Shown here: piece after piece, positions 29,561 through 43,995 of the stretch
How the letters are laid out: the number at the start of each line of letters is the position of its first letter
How positions within the stretch are numbered: position 1 is the first letter of the stretch
Notes under the pieces: generated by a model
Told to the model about the DNA's origin: nothing
The model's database searches: none
Seen by the model: only the letters and a program-made list of their open reading frames with translations
Program-made: the position numbers and the translations under genes
NCBI GenBank assembly: GCA_964016885.1
Contig: OZ024764.1
Span: forward strand, 17,732,001-17,796,000
Reading direction: 5' to 3'
Origin: Eledone cirrhosa
Taxonomy: Eukaryota
Length of the DNA: 64,000 bases

Positions 29561-30342
29561 AATTGAGGATAAATTATTTATATTTCTCTGCCAACTTTCC
29601 AAACACCAACAGTGTCTTTCAGTAGAAATATGGTAATGAAAGGGTTAAAGTGTTTATATTTATCTAAAAACCTTCCATCATAATTTCATGTAAGAACCTT
29701 TGTTAAGTTATGTTCCAAACACCAAAAACCTCTTTCATTAGAAATATGTTTCTAATTTGGGCACAGGGCCAACAATTTTGGGGCAATAGGGAAGTCGATT
29801 AAATCGACCCAAGTGCATTACTGGTACTTTATTTTAATAGCCACGGCGCACAACCTCAATCCAGAAATCGAACCCATGTCACTATGATCCTAACTCCAGC
29901 ACCACCCGGCCACCCGGGCCACCCGTCACCACATCGCCTCAAAAACCTATATGTATACACGTGTGGGGTCTTGACTTGCCACAACCCACCACCACCACCA
30001 CCACCATCACCACCAGAACCCCACGCCAGCCTTTCCCGCTACATCATCCCACCCACCCTTCAGTAAAAATAAATCATTCTTGATTCAATACTATAGAGAG
30101 GGGTTCTCCCCCGCCCCGCCCCGCCAAACACTTCTGTTCCCGAGTACTTCTTTGTACCACGAATCAAAAGCTGGGTTCCGTATGTCTCGTTAACTGACGA
30201 GATTTAAATCAAACAAGACACACATACACAACAGGGTGTATATATATATATACATATATACATATATATATACATATGTGTGTGTGTGTTTATGTATATA
30301 TGTATGCATATATACGTACATATATACCCGTATGTTTTGTCT

Positions 30343-30392
<50 letters not shown>

Positions 30393-30463
30393 AGTACACG
30401 CGTTTAATCCAATGTGTATATATACCTATATAGATACATGAATACAGGTATATATACCTGTAC

Positions 30464-30494
<31 letters not shown>

Positions 30495-30728
30495 CTTGTA
30501 TGCGTACACTTCCATCTATATATACATCAATATGTGTGTATATATATATATATACGTGTGTGTGTATATATATATATACATATATATATATACGTGTGTG
30601 CGTTTGTACATGTATATATCAAGAGAGAGTGTATATATATATATATATATACACTCTCTCTTGATATATACATGTACAAACGCACACACGTATATATATA
30701 TATGTATATATATATATACACACACACG

Positions 30729-30877
<149 letters not shown>

Positions 30878-31095
30878 GGTGGGTGAAGGCGGGGTGGAGG
30901 GGGTTTACGAAATCATTGAGGAAGCGTTGATCCTTGACATAAGACAAACACAGCTTGTCCTCCCCCTCCTCCCACTCCGCTCCTCCTCCTCCTCCCCCTC
31001 TCTGCCTCCCCTTCCTCCCACCCCTTCTATTTACTACGCCTGTTGAGAGTTGAAAGAATGACTACACTTGAGAAATGGCGTTGTTTCATGTACAA

Positions 31096-32255
31096 TGGTG
31101 GTGGTGTGGTGGTGTAGTGGTGGTGGTGGTGGTGTGGTGGTGTGGTGGTGTGGTGGTGGTGTGGTGGTGTGGTGGTGTAGTGGTGTGGTGGTGTAGTGGT
31201 GGTGGTAGTGTAGTGGTGGTGGTGGTGGTGGTGGTGGTGTGGTGGTGGTGTAGTGGTGGTGGTGTGGTGGTGGTGTAGTGGTGTAGTGGTGGTGGTGGTG
31301 TGGTGGTGTGGTGGTGGTGTAGTGGTGGTGGTGTGGTGGTGGTGTAGTGGTGGTGGTGGTGGTGGTGTAGTGGTGGTGGTGGTGTAGTGGTGATGGCGGT
31401 GGTGTAGTGGTGTGGTGGTGGTGGTGGTGTAGTGGTGGTGGTGGTGGTGTGGTGGTGGTGGTGGTGGTGGTGGTGTAGTGGTGGTGTGGTGTAGTGGTGG
31501 TGGTGGTGGTGGTGGTGTAGTGGTGTAGTGGTGGTGGTAGTGTAGTGGTGGTGGTGGTGGTGGTGGTGGTGGTGTGGTGGTGGTGGTGGTGGTGGTGGTG
31601 TAGTGGTGGTGGTGTGGTGGTGGTGTGGTGGTGGTGGTGGTGTGGTGGTGTAGTGGTGGTGGTGGTGGTGGTGGCGGTGGCGGTGGTGGTGGTGGTGTAG
31701 TGGTGGTGGTGGTGGTGGTGGTGGTGGTGGTAGTGGTGGTGGTGGTGGTGGTTGTGTAGTGGTGGTGGTGGTCGTGGTGTAGTGGTGGTGGTGGTGGTGG
31801 TGGTGTAGTGGTGGTGGTGGTGGTGGTGGTGTAGTGGTGGTGGTGGTCGTGGTGTAGTGGTGGTGGTGGTGGTGGTGTAGTGGTGGTGGTGTAGTGGTGG
31901 TGTAGTGGTGGTGTAGTGGTGGTGGTGGTGGTGGCAGTGGTGGTCGTGGTGGTCGTGGTGTAGTGGTGGTGGTGGTCGTGGTGTAGTGGTGGTGGTGGTG
32001 GTGGTGTAGTGGTGGTGGTGTGGTGGTGGTGTAGTGGTGGTGTAGTGGTGGTGTAGTGGTGGTGGTGTGGTGGTGGTGTAGTGGTGGTGTAGTGGTGGTG
32101 GTGGTGTAGTGGTGGTGGTGGTGGTGGCAGTGGTGGTCGTAGTGGTCGTGGTGTAGTGGTGGTGGTGGTGGTGGTGTAGTGGTGGTGGTGTGGTGGTGGT
32201 GTAGTGGTGGTGTAGTAGTGGTGGTGGCGGTGGTGGTGGCGGTGGTGGAGTGGTG
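31096..32255. repeat. Large (GGT)n/GTGTAGT low-complexity tract; related GGT/TAC tracts at 23507-23920, 26712-27303, 35130-35380, 42490-43500, 46806-47283 and 60540-60960
   Basis: Direct inspection. Confidence 0.9.
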
Positions 32256-32427
32256 TCTGTCTATCTCTCTCTCTATATATATATATATAACAAAGGAAGT
32301 GTGGTAAGGAACCAGGTGAACCATAAGACACCAGAGTACTCAATACTTAGGGTAGTAGAGTGGGAATAGGAAAAGAGTGAGGACCCCGAAACGGCAGGAG
32401 CTCAGCCGTGGGGCTCCTCACTCTTTT

Positions 32428-32462
<35 letters not shown>

Positions 32463-32609
32463 GATCGACTTTCGTCAAATCGGACCGAGGAAACAATGTT
32501 TCCGTTGGTCTTTCCAATTGTTAATACTATCTATCGGTGGCAACTCCAGGTAGAGGGAGCAGCGTGATGTGTATATATATATATAGACAGAGAGAGAGAG
32601 AGAGCCCTC

Positions 32610-33415
32610 CACCTTTCATATACAGTTTCCGGGGTCCACACCTTCCATATACCTTAACCCATATACTGTTTCCAGGGCCCCCACATTCAATATAACCCGA
32701 TCAATATACAGTTTCCAGGGCCCTCACCTTACATATCCCCCGATATATATAGACATTTTAAGGCACTCCACATTATATATAGTTTCTAGGGCCCACCACC
32801 TTTCATATACAGTTTCCTGGGCCTACACCTTCAATAAAACCCGGTCCATATACAGTTTCCGGGGTCCCCAATTTGAACATAACCCGATTCATATAGTTTC
32901 CAGGGCCGAAAACTTCCATATAACCCGATTCATATACAGTTTCCAGGGCCCAAACCTTCCATATAACCCGATCCATATACAGTTTCCAGGGCCCAAACCT
33001 TCCATATAACCCGATTCATATACAGTTTCCAGGGCCCAAACCTTCCATATAACCCGATTCATATACAGTTTCCAGGGCCCAAACCTTCCATATAACCCGA
33101 TCCATATACAGTTTCAAGGGCCCAAACCTTCCATATAACCCGATCCATATACAGTTTCAAGGGCCCAAACCTTCCATATAACCCGATCCATATACAGTTT
33201 CAAGGGCCCAAACCTTCCATATAACCCGATCCATATACAGTTTCCAGGGCCCAAACCTTCAGTATAACCTCATCAATATACACATTCTCGGACCCATCAC
33301 CTTTCATATACAGTTTCCGGTGTCCACACCTTCAATATAACCTGATCCATATACAGTTTCCGGGGCCCCCACCTTCCAAATATCCTGGTCCATATACAGT
33401 TTCCAGGGCCCCACC
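32610..33415. repeat. 43-bp minisatellite with a homogeneous core and decayed flanks
   Basis: Unit CATATACAGTTTCCAGGGCCCAAACCTTCCATATAACCCGATC; period 32931 to 32974. Confidence 0.9.
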
Positions 33416-33605
33416 CCAGGATACTCTATATTCTGCCAAGTCAGGGATGTAATGCTATCCCGGGGCGTTGTTAGCTTTTCACCACTTCTGTCTCATGGAT
33501 CGGATAAGCAACATTTTCCCTTCTCATTCACCTCTATATATTATATACACCTATGAACGGGTGTATATAGGCTGTGTGGCTGTATATATATATATGTATA
33601 CATAG

Positions 33606-33648
<43 letters not shown>

Positions 33649-33657
33649 GCTGTGTGG

Positions 33658-33700
<43 letters not shown>

Positions 33701-33736
33701 CTGTGCAGCTGTATATATATACATATATATATATAC

Positions 33737-33779
<43 letters not shown>

Positions 33780-33866
33780 CTGTGTGGCTGTATATATATA
33801 TATATATATATATGCGTATCTGTGTGTGTATATGTGTGTGTATATATATATATATATATGTGTGTG

Positions 33867-33948
<82 letters not shown>

Positions 33949-34103
33949 AACACACACACACACATATATATATGTGTGTGTCTGCATATGTATGTATGTG
34001 TATATATATATATATATATATATTAACGTACACATACATACATATGTAGACACATTATTCCGAATACACATACATATATAAATATATATATATATATACA
34101 TAC

Positions 34104-34148
<45 letters not shown>

Positions 34149-34161
34149 CGTATATACATAC

Positions 34162-34200
<39 letters not shown>

Positions 34201-34452
34201 TACCGAGGGGGGGGGGGGGGCTGGGTGTTTGGTCGAGTAGACAAATGAAATGGTGGGATGGATTGTTAAGGAGAGGTTTAAGAAGGGCCTACTTGATACC
34301 GCAGGGTGGTCGAGTGAGGCGGGGTCAGATGGGGTGTGTATAAGTGGGGGCAGGGAGAGAGGGGTGTATTGGTTGTAGAGATTATGTGGGGACGGTGGTG
34401 GTGTAGTATGATGTAGTGTGGTGTGGTGTGTAGAGATTTATATACATACATA

Positions 34453-34500
<48 letters not shown>

Positions 34501-34511
34501 TGTATATATAC

Positions 34512-34562
<51 letters not shown>

Positions 34563-34808
34563 CAGGGAGAGTGAGAGATGTATATATACATATATATATA
34601 TATTTATATATATATATATATATACACATATATATATATATGTATACATATATATATATATTTATATGTATATATATATATATATGTATATATATACATA
34701 TATATATGTATACATATAAATATATATATATATGTATACACATATATATATATATGTGTATATACATATATATACAATTATATATATACATATATATATA
34801 TATATCAC

Positions 34809-34849
<41 letters not shown>

Positions 34850-34871
34850 CATATACATATATATATATATA

Positions 34872-34918
<47 letters not shown>

Positions 34919-35167
34919 ATATTTATGTACATATATATATATATATATACACACATATATACATATATATATATATGTATATATATATATACGAGGGAAA
35001 GTCCTAAAGACAATCTTCAGAAGAATGAGAGTTGCTATGGCGTTGCCATGGACGCTACCGTGCAACAGGCTTAGCAAAACGGGTGTAGATCAGCCCATAG
35101 CCTTTATATGGTGGTGATCGTAGTAGTATTAGTCGTGGTGGTGGTGTTGGTGGTCGTGGTGTAGGTG

Positions 35168-35207
<40 letters not shown>

Positions 35208-35270
35208 TAGTGGTAGTAGTGGTAGTAGTAGTGGTAGTAGTAGTAGTGGTAGTGGTAGTAGTCGTAGTAT

Positions 35271-35330
<60 letters not shown>

Positions 35331-35517
35331 TAGTAGTAGTGGTAGTGGTAGTGGTCGTAGTATTGGTGGTGGTGGTGGTGGTTCCTTTTCATGCCATTGT
35401 TTTCGTTTCTGGTGGGGTGACGGGTGAGCATGTGTATAGATTTTTGTTGATAAGTGGTATTTATAGGTATATATATTTATATATATATATATTTATCCAA
35501 TACATATATAAGAATAC

Positions 35518-35588
<71 letters not shown>

Positions 35589-36059
35589 ATATATATTTAT
35601 ACTTTAGATTCTGGCTTGAATTTCAAGCCCCTCAAAAGAAGTTTACCTGTAAATGTTCACCCCTTAAATTTAAAAATGATCTCAAAAATTCGACTGTTAC
35701 ACTCGTATCTACATTTATGAGAAAGAAAGAAGTCGCCGTTGATCATGATGATGATGTTGATGATAATGATGATGATAGCATATATTGAAATACCTTCTTA
35801 ATACTCAAAATATTATATCGTCCGCCAAAATCACCACTAGGCCACCAGCGGGCGATATCGCGCAGGTTGGGTAACCCTGATTTAAACCATCCACACCAAA
35901 CCCTCTTGATCGCCAGATCACCAGTGAACTATCCATAACATCTATAACATTGTCCTATCTACTTCTATTCAGCCATCGAGCGACTTCCGTTTCACAATTT
36001 TTCATCCAGCGCCAACAAAGAATTACAAAATTGGTTCTCCGTCTGACCAAAATTTGTTC

Positions 36060-36526
36060 TGGCTAAGCAGATGTAAAGATTGGTTAACCATTGGGTCAAC
36101 AGATGTAAAGATGGGTTGACCATTGGGTTAACAGATGGAAATATTGGTTGACCATTGGATTAACAGGTGTAAAGATAGGTTGACCATTGGGTTAGCAGAT
36201 GTAAAGATAGGTTGAACACTGGGTCAGCAGATGTAAAGATAGGTTGAACACTGGGTCAGCAGATGTAAAGATAGGTTGACTACAGACTTAACAGATGTAA
36301 AGATGGATTGACCACTGGGTTAGCAGATGAAAAGATTGGTTGACCATTGGATTAACAGGTATAAAGATAGGTTGACCACTGGGTCAGCAGATGTAAAGAT
36401 AGGTTGACCACTGACTTAACAGATGTAAAGATGGATTGACCACTGGGTCAGCAGATGGAAAGATTGGTTGACCATTGGATTAACAGGTGTAAAGATAGGT
36501 TGACCATTGGGTTAGCAGATGGAAAG
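36060..36526. repeat. 32-bp minisatellite, about 14 copies
   Basis: Unit about CAGATGTAAAGATAGGTTGACCATTGGGTTAG; period 36069, 36101, 36133. Confidence 0.9.
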
Positions 36527-36681
36527 TATCATCACAAAACATAGACACATACGCACATATATAAACATACATACATATATATATATAAACACATACATAC
36601 ATATACACATATATATACATACATATATATGTACCCACAAACGTACGTTCATGCACACACACATATATATATATATATATA

Positions 36682-36885
36682 TAGGAAAAAGTATGACCCC
36701 GACGGCAGAGCTCAAGCCGTTTCGACGGCTATTTCTGGACTATTTCTAGTCCAGAAATAGCCGTGGAAACGGCTTGAGCTCTGCCTCCGGAGTCATACTT
36801 TTTACTATTTCCCACTCTACTACCCTAAGTATTGAGTACTCTGGTGCGTTATGGTCCATCTGGTTCCTTACCACAATTCGTTTGT
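36682..36885. mobile_element. Same 140-bp family, inverted pair
   Basis: Junction CTGGACTAtttcTAGTCCAG. Confidence 0.7.
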
Positions 36886-36931
<46 letters not shown>

Positions 36932-36976
36932 TATATACATATATACACATATATATATATACATATATATATATAC

Positions 36977-37009
<33 letters not shown>

Positions 37010-37056
37010 CATATATATATACACATATATATATATATACACATATATATATATAT

Positions 37057-37112
<56 letters not shown>

Positions 37113-37297
37113 GGTGGTGTATACCTTTTAATGTTTATAAACGGTACTAAATAGGGAGAGAGAAAAAGGAACGGGGTACATGGCCACCCCTGAGCTGCGA
37201 CAAACAACTTAAAAGGTGAGGTCCACCCTGAGAACATTCCTGATACTTTCGCTTCATAGAGCGGAAAAATATGCCCCCACCTTATACATACATGTGA

Positions 37298-37374
<77 letters not shown>

Positions 37375-37454
37375 TATAGAGAGACATATTTGTATTTCAT
37401 ATAACCTCTACTTTTATAAATACACAACGTTTTGGACCCCCGGACACGCCTTCC

Positions 37455-37504
<50 letters not shown>

Positions 37505-38226
37505 TATATATATATACATGTATGTATATATATATGTATATATATGTGTGTGTGCATGTATGTATATATAAATAGAAATATATATGTATATACATAAAGA
37601 TATGTATACATAAATATATGTGTATACACTACACACATATATATATATATATATATACATACATACATATATACACATGTATATTTGTGTCTGCATGCGT
37701 GAGTCGCATGCGTCAGTTACAAACATCAAATATGGCGGCCATATTTTCTGCTTCGCTTTGCATCGTTTACCGACGCTCCACAATAAAACTGGGGTTTCAA
37801 TGGCTCCCTTTTTTCACGGATCCCCTTGGTCTGATGGGCATCGCTGCCCACGGCTGCCCACCGCTGAGTAACGGCGATGAGGGTGTTGCCAGGGTGGCGG
37901 ATGAGGGCAGGGCCACTCTCGTACCCAAAATTTCATTCCACCATGTTTATTTGTTTTTTTTTCTTGCGATGTTTTTGCTGTTGCTGTTGTTGTTGTTGCT
38001 GTTGTTACTCTTGCTGTTGTTGTTGTTGTTGTTCTTACTCTTATTCTTGTTGTTGTTGTTGTTGTCGTCTTAAAGCGGCCGTTATTGGTATTTTGAGGGA
38101 TTCCTGTAGGCAGAAGAGGGCGTTCCTTTAGCAGATCAGATGGTGGGTAGGAGCATGGTGGTGGTGGTGGTGTAGGGGTTGTGGTGGTGTGGTAGACGTA
38201 GGTGTATTATATATATATATATATAC

Positions 38227-38313
<87 letters not shown>

Positions 38314-38332
38314 TTCATATATATCTCAGAGT

Positions 38333-38405
<73 letters not shown>

Positions 38406-38533
38406 TATATGTATCTATCTATCTATATATGCATATACGGATGTGAATATGCATATATAGATATGCACACACGTACTTAACTCTCTGACATACATATAAT
38501 CATGCATATACATATATATATATATATATATAC

Positions 38534-38628
<95 letters not shown>

Positions 38629-38760
38629 TACGTATATATATATATATACGTATATATATATATATATATATATACGTATATATATATATATATATACGTA
38701 TATATATATTTCAGATAAAGAATCTTGCTAAACAAATTCAGAAACGAAATATATATATAC

Positions 38761-38794
<34 letters not shown>

Positions 38795-38878
38795 GTATAT
38801 ATATATATATATATACGTATATATATATATATATACGTATATATATATATATATATACGTATATATATATATATATAC

Positions 38879-38946
<68 letters not shown>

Positions 38947-38968
38947 GTATATATATATATATATATAC

Positions 38969-39028
<60 letters not shown>

Positions 39029-39050
39029 GTATATATATATATATATATAC

Positions 39051-39090
<40 letters not shown>

Positions 39091-39418
39091 GTATGTATCA
39101 ACGCCGTATCTGGAGTATGTGCAAAGTTACAAGTTGTAACGGTGTACTGTACATAAGTCAGTCACTACAGGTGTTTCGGGTGGATTTATGCTAACACCTA
39201 CAGGTGGGCTTGTGTCACCTTTCAGATTATGCAACATATACCCCGTCTCGAGGGCATTTGATACCCGTATCTCGTGAGACAGCAATACATATTGGCCAAC
39301 ACTCACACAGGCAAACTCACAGATATTCACTCACAAAAGCGCACACCAATGACATAGATATATATATATATATATATATATATACGCATACGCACATATA
39401 TTTATACACATATATGTG

Positions 39419-39453
<35 letters not shown>

Positions 39454-39547
39454 ATATATATATACACACAAGGAAGAGGTCACAGACGCTGTGCTAATTA
39501 CACGACGCACATGCATCTATATATATATTTGTAGTGTGATATATATT

Positions 39548-39656
<109 letters not shown>

Positions 39657-39762
39657 GCATATATAAATATATAGGTATACGTATGGGCATATATATGTAT
39701 TTGTATATGAATTTGTATATATATACAAATGTATATATATATACATTTGTATATATATACAA

Positions 39763-39793
<31 letters not shown>

Positions 39794-39824
39794 CAAATGT
39801 ATATATATATATATATATATACAA

Positions 39825-39865
<41 letters not shown>

Positions 39866-40129
39866 TACACACACATATATATAAGGTATCCGAATGTGTC
39901 TCACCTGAGTACATCACTGTTCACAACGAGCCACAAAAACAAAGTGACTATGCACTTTCATATTTACCCTACACTTCATAATATACACTCTCTGACGTCA
40001 TCATCTGTCAAGCAATATAAACAGACGCACCTATACCTCGGGCCACCGTCATTTCCCAGGTTCGATCCTGCCTTGAGATGTTGTGGCCTTCATTTCGGGT
40101 CGATTTGGTGCTCAGTCAATGTATATCTT

Positions 40130-40196
<67 letters not shown>

Positions 40197-40205
40197 TATA
40201 TACAC

Positions 40206-40292
<87 letters not shown>

Positions 40293-40605
40293 CACACACA
40301 CACAAAGATAGAGAGAAGTCTCCCACAGCCCCAGATGTAATATACAGACAAGTAATCTTTAATTAACAGAAGATTAAGTTAAGACAAATCATCCAATGTT
40401 TAAATTAATCTCAACTAATTAAATTGTTAACTTAATACATTCCATCTGGGAAACTTCTGTCATTATATACATATATATACATATGTATATATGTATATAT
40501 ATATACATATCTATATACGTTACGCAATTCATCCAACTTTGATTTTGAATCTTCTGGTTTGTGCGGCCTCCCAATCAAATATTTTTTTCTGTTTATATTT
40601 TTCTT

Positions 40606-40855
40606 TGTATGCCCTCAATTTGGCGCATTTTAGTATTGACTAATAAGCTTTAGCTATGAAACATATGCCCTCAATTTGGCGTGTTTTATCATTGATTAAT
40701 AAACTTTAGCTATGAAACATATGCCCTCAATTTGGGGTCCCATATTATTGACAGACAAACTTTACTCTTAAAGCATATGTCCTCAATTTGGCGCCTTATA
40801 TTATCAACAGTCAAGCTTCAATCATCAAGCATATGCCCTCAATTTGGCGCCTTAT
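40606..40855. repeat. 56-bp degenerate tandem repeat, about 5 copies
   Basis: ATGCCCTCAATTTGG recurs every 56 bp. Confidence 0.8.
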
Positions 40856-41451
40856 AACATTCATGGACCAGCTGCAGCTGGGAAACCCACGTGCTCAATT
40901 CCAAACACTCTTCAAAGAGTGAATGAACTATATGTAGATTAAAAAAAATCTCACGGTTTCATTCGAGACTGGGGCCTTTATTGGTTCTTGTATTGGCTAT
41001 AAAGATCTCGGGTTACGTTGTAAATTCTGATGCTTATCAAAAGGATAGATTTTTATAACGACTCTCGAGATTTTTCTTTAGACCAATGCCCTCTAGCGGC
41101 GAGAGATGTCGCATAGATTGTGTCGTTTTGATTGGTTAGTTCGAATGGCCTACTTATGCGACACATTTTATAGCTTAACTCTTCCATCGTCGCCAAATTT
41201 CTAATAAAAGACACTGGTGAGGAATTGGGAAATATTAAGAAGGATTAATGATATAAACTTACTTTCTCGTTATTAATGTTATATTTGGAACATAACTTAA
41301 CAAAGGTTCTTACATAAAATTATGTTGGAAGGTTTTTGATACCTTCTGCAGCGAATCATGTGTATTCGACAAAAGATATTGTGAAGTTAACCAAGTTTTG
41401 TGTATTATAACTCGACTCTCAGAATGAAGGCCCTGCCAAACTTTGATAATG

Positions 41452-41491
<40 letters not shown>

Positions 41492-41587
41492 GAGTTAAAC
41501 AAGATTCAATGAGTACATCAAAGAATGAGTTTTACAGTAGATTGGAAGCACTCTACAGTTAAAATATTTTCCAGAGTTATTAATATT

Positions 41588-41885
41588 AAAATACAAATAT
41601 TAATAAAATAGATGTTCTTTTGATCAATTAAATTTTATTATACATATTTCTGAGGTACAAGAGTACGTCTTCATCAGACAAAATATAATGATACATGACA
41701 TACCCAGAGATGTTAAATGGTTAAGATTTAATAATAATAATTAAATCTTAACCATTTAACATCTCAGGGTATGTCATGTATCATTATATTTTGTCTGATG
41801 AGGACGTACTCTTGTACCTCAGAAATATGTATAATAAAATTTAATTGATCAAAAGAACATCTATTTTATTAATATTTGTATTTTT
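41588..41885. mobile_element. ~300-bp palindrome of two inverted Penelope-like terminal fragments, each with a hammerhead-like motif (+ copy 41788-41840)
   Basis: Near-perfect ~145-bp arms centred at about 41735; ATTTTGT-CTGATGA-...GTAC tctt GTAC...-GAAATATGTATA|ATAAAAT. Shares AGGGTATGTCA and GAAATATGTATA with the 49.0-49.15 kb element. Confidence 0.65.
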
Positions 41886-41898
41886 ATATATATATATG

Positions 41899-42015
<117 letters not shown>

Positions 42016-42051
42016 ATATATATATATGTGTGTGTGGGTGTGTGCGTATGC

Positions 42052-42096
<45 letters not shown>

Positions 42097-42232
42097 TATA
42101 TACAGATATATGTATATATACACACACACATATATATATACATATATATCCATATGTGTATATATACATCTACATATATATATATGTGTGTTTGTATGTA
42201 AATGTGTGTGTGTATATACATATGCATATATG

Positions 42233-42289
<57 letters not shown>

Positions 42290-42499
42290 TTATGTAGTTT
42301 AAATAAACAATCACCACCTCACCACCACAACAACACCACCCCACCACCACCAAACCACCACCCCACCACCACACTACCACAACACAGCTCTTCCACCCCT
42401 CTCTATCACTCCACCACCCTCCAACATCTACCGACACACAAACGTCTGTATTTCCGGAACAACACTCCGAATCGCTTGTGTAATTTAACACAACCACTG

Positions 42500-42531
<32 letters not shown>

Positions 42532-42912
42532 GCTACTACTACTACTACCACTACTACTACTACTACTACCACTACTACTACTACTACTACTATTACTACT
42601 ACTACCACTACTACTACTACTGCTACTACTACTACTACTATTACTACTACTACTACTACTACTACTACCACTAATACTACCACTACTACTACTGCTACTA
42701 CTACTATTGCTACTATTACTACCACCACTACTACCACCACTGCTACTACTACTACTACTATCACCACTACTACTACTACCACTACTACTACCACCACTAC
42801 TACTACTACCACTACTACTACCACCACTACTACCACTACTACCACTACTACCACTACTACTACCACTGCTACTACTACCACCACCACCACTACTACTACT
42901 ACCACCACCACC

Positions 42913-42944
<32 letters not shown>

Positions 42945-43784
42945 CACCACTGCTACTGCTACTACCACTACTACTACTACTACCATAACAACAACATATA
43001 TTATATGAATGGTGACATCAAAGACTCCAACAACAATAACGACAACAAAGGAAGCAGCACTACCACCCCAACACCACCACCTATACTACTACTACAACAA
43101 CAACACTATCACTACCTCCACCACCACCCCAACACCACCACCTATACCACTATCACCAGCAGCAACAGCATCACTACCACCCCAACACCACCACCTATAC
43201 CACTATCACCAACAACAACAGCAGCAACAGCATCACTACCACCCCAGCACCACCACCTATACCACCACCAACAACATAAAGAGCAACAACTCAACTACCA
43301 TGAAAACGACCACACACGACACCGCCATTACACACTACACACCACCACACAACACACACCATTACACACCACCACCACACCACCACACAACACACACCAT
43401 CGCCACCACTACCACCACACACCACCGCCGCCACTACAACCACCACACAACACACACCATTAGACACCACCACCATCACCATCACCACACCACCACCACG
43501 CCACCCGTTATATACCCCTTACCATTTTATTATCCATCTCTTGACCCCTCCTACTAAGGTCATATATTGTTCTCTTTGTTACTGTGCCTTGGGTCACCAC
43601 AGATTTCACTGGAACTCATTGAAACGACGGCAACAACAGTAACAACAACAACAACAACAGTAACAACAACAACAACAACAACAGTAACTACAACAATAAC
43701 AACAGTAACAACAACAGCAACAGTAACAATAACAACAACAACAATAACAACAGTAACAACAGGGGAAACTCCAGAGTAACAAAA

Positions 43785-43995
43785 ATCATTTCTTCTTTTC
43801 CCACTTATTCCTGAGAGGGTCGTGGGGTCAGAGCCCTCAACACTCCCACTAGCAGGTCCTTCAGAAGCAACAGTCATCAACTGATCAGGCTGGATCCCCA
43901 AGCGAGACCAGCCGAGCTCATGGATGTTATCCAACCATCTTGCTCAGGGTCTACCCCTGTGTCTCCTGCCGGTTGGTTTTGCCTGTAAAACCTGT
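43785..43995 (-). mobile_element. RTE-clade LINE 3' end, downstream of satellite 2
   Basis: Minus translation EQVLQAKPTGRRHRGRP*ARWLDNIHELG (GxRxRGRPxxRW motif). The 3' tail is also seen at 27695-27750. Confidence 0.8.

Noticed and set aside
36700-36780. 140-bp family as a Helitron 3' end (hairpin AGCCGT-TTCG-ACGGCT then CTAG)
   Set aside because: Not fully excluded. However CTAG appears in only some copies, subfamily B weakens that hairpin while keeping CGGC/GCCG, and the GAAA...GTC geometry and inverted pairs match the neighbouring hammerhead families better.
38708-38752. Hammerhead-like fragment CAGATAA...GAAAC (inverted homolog at 23206-23250)
   Set aside because: It is a real small dispersed repeat, but the core has two mismatches and there is no stem III.
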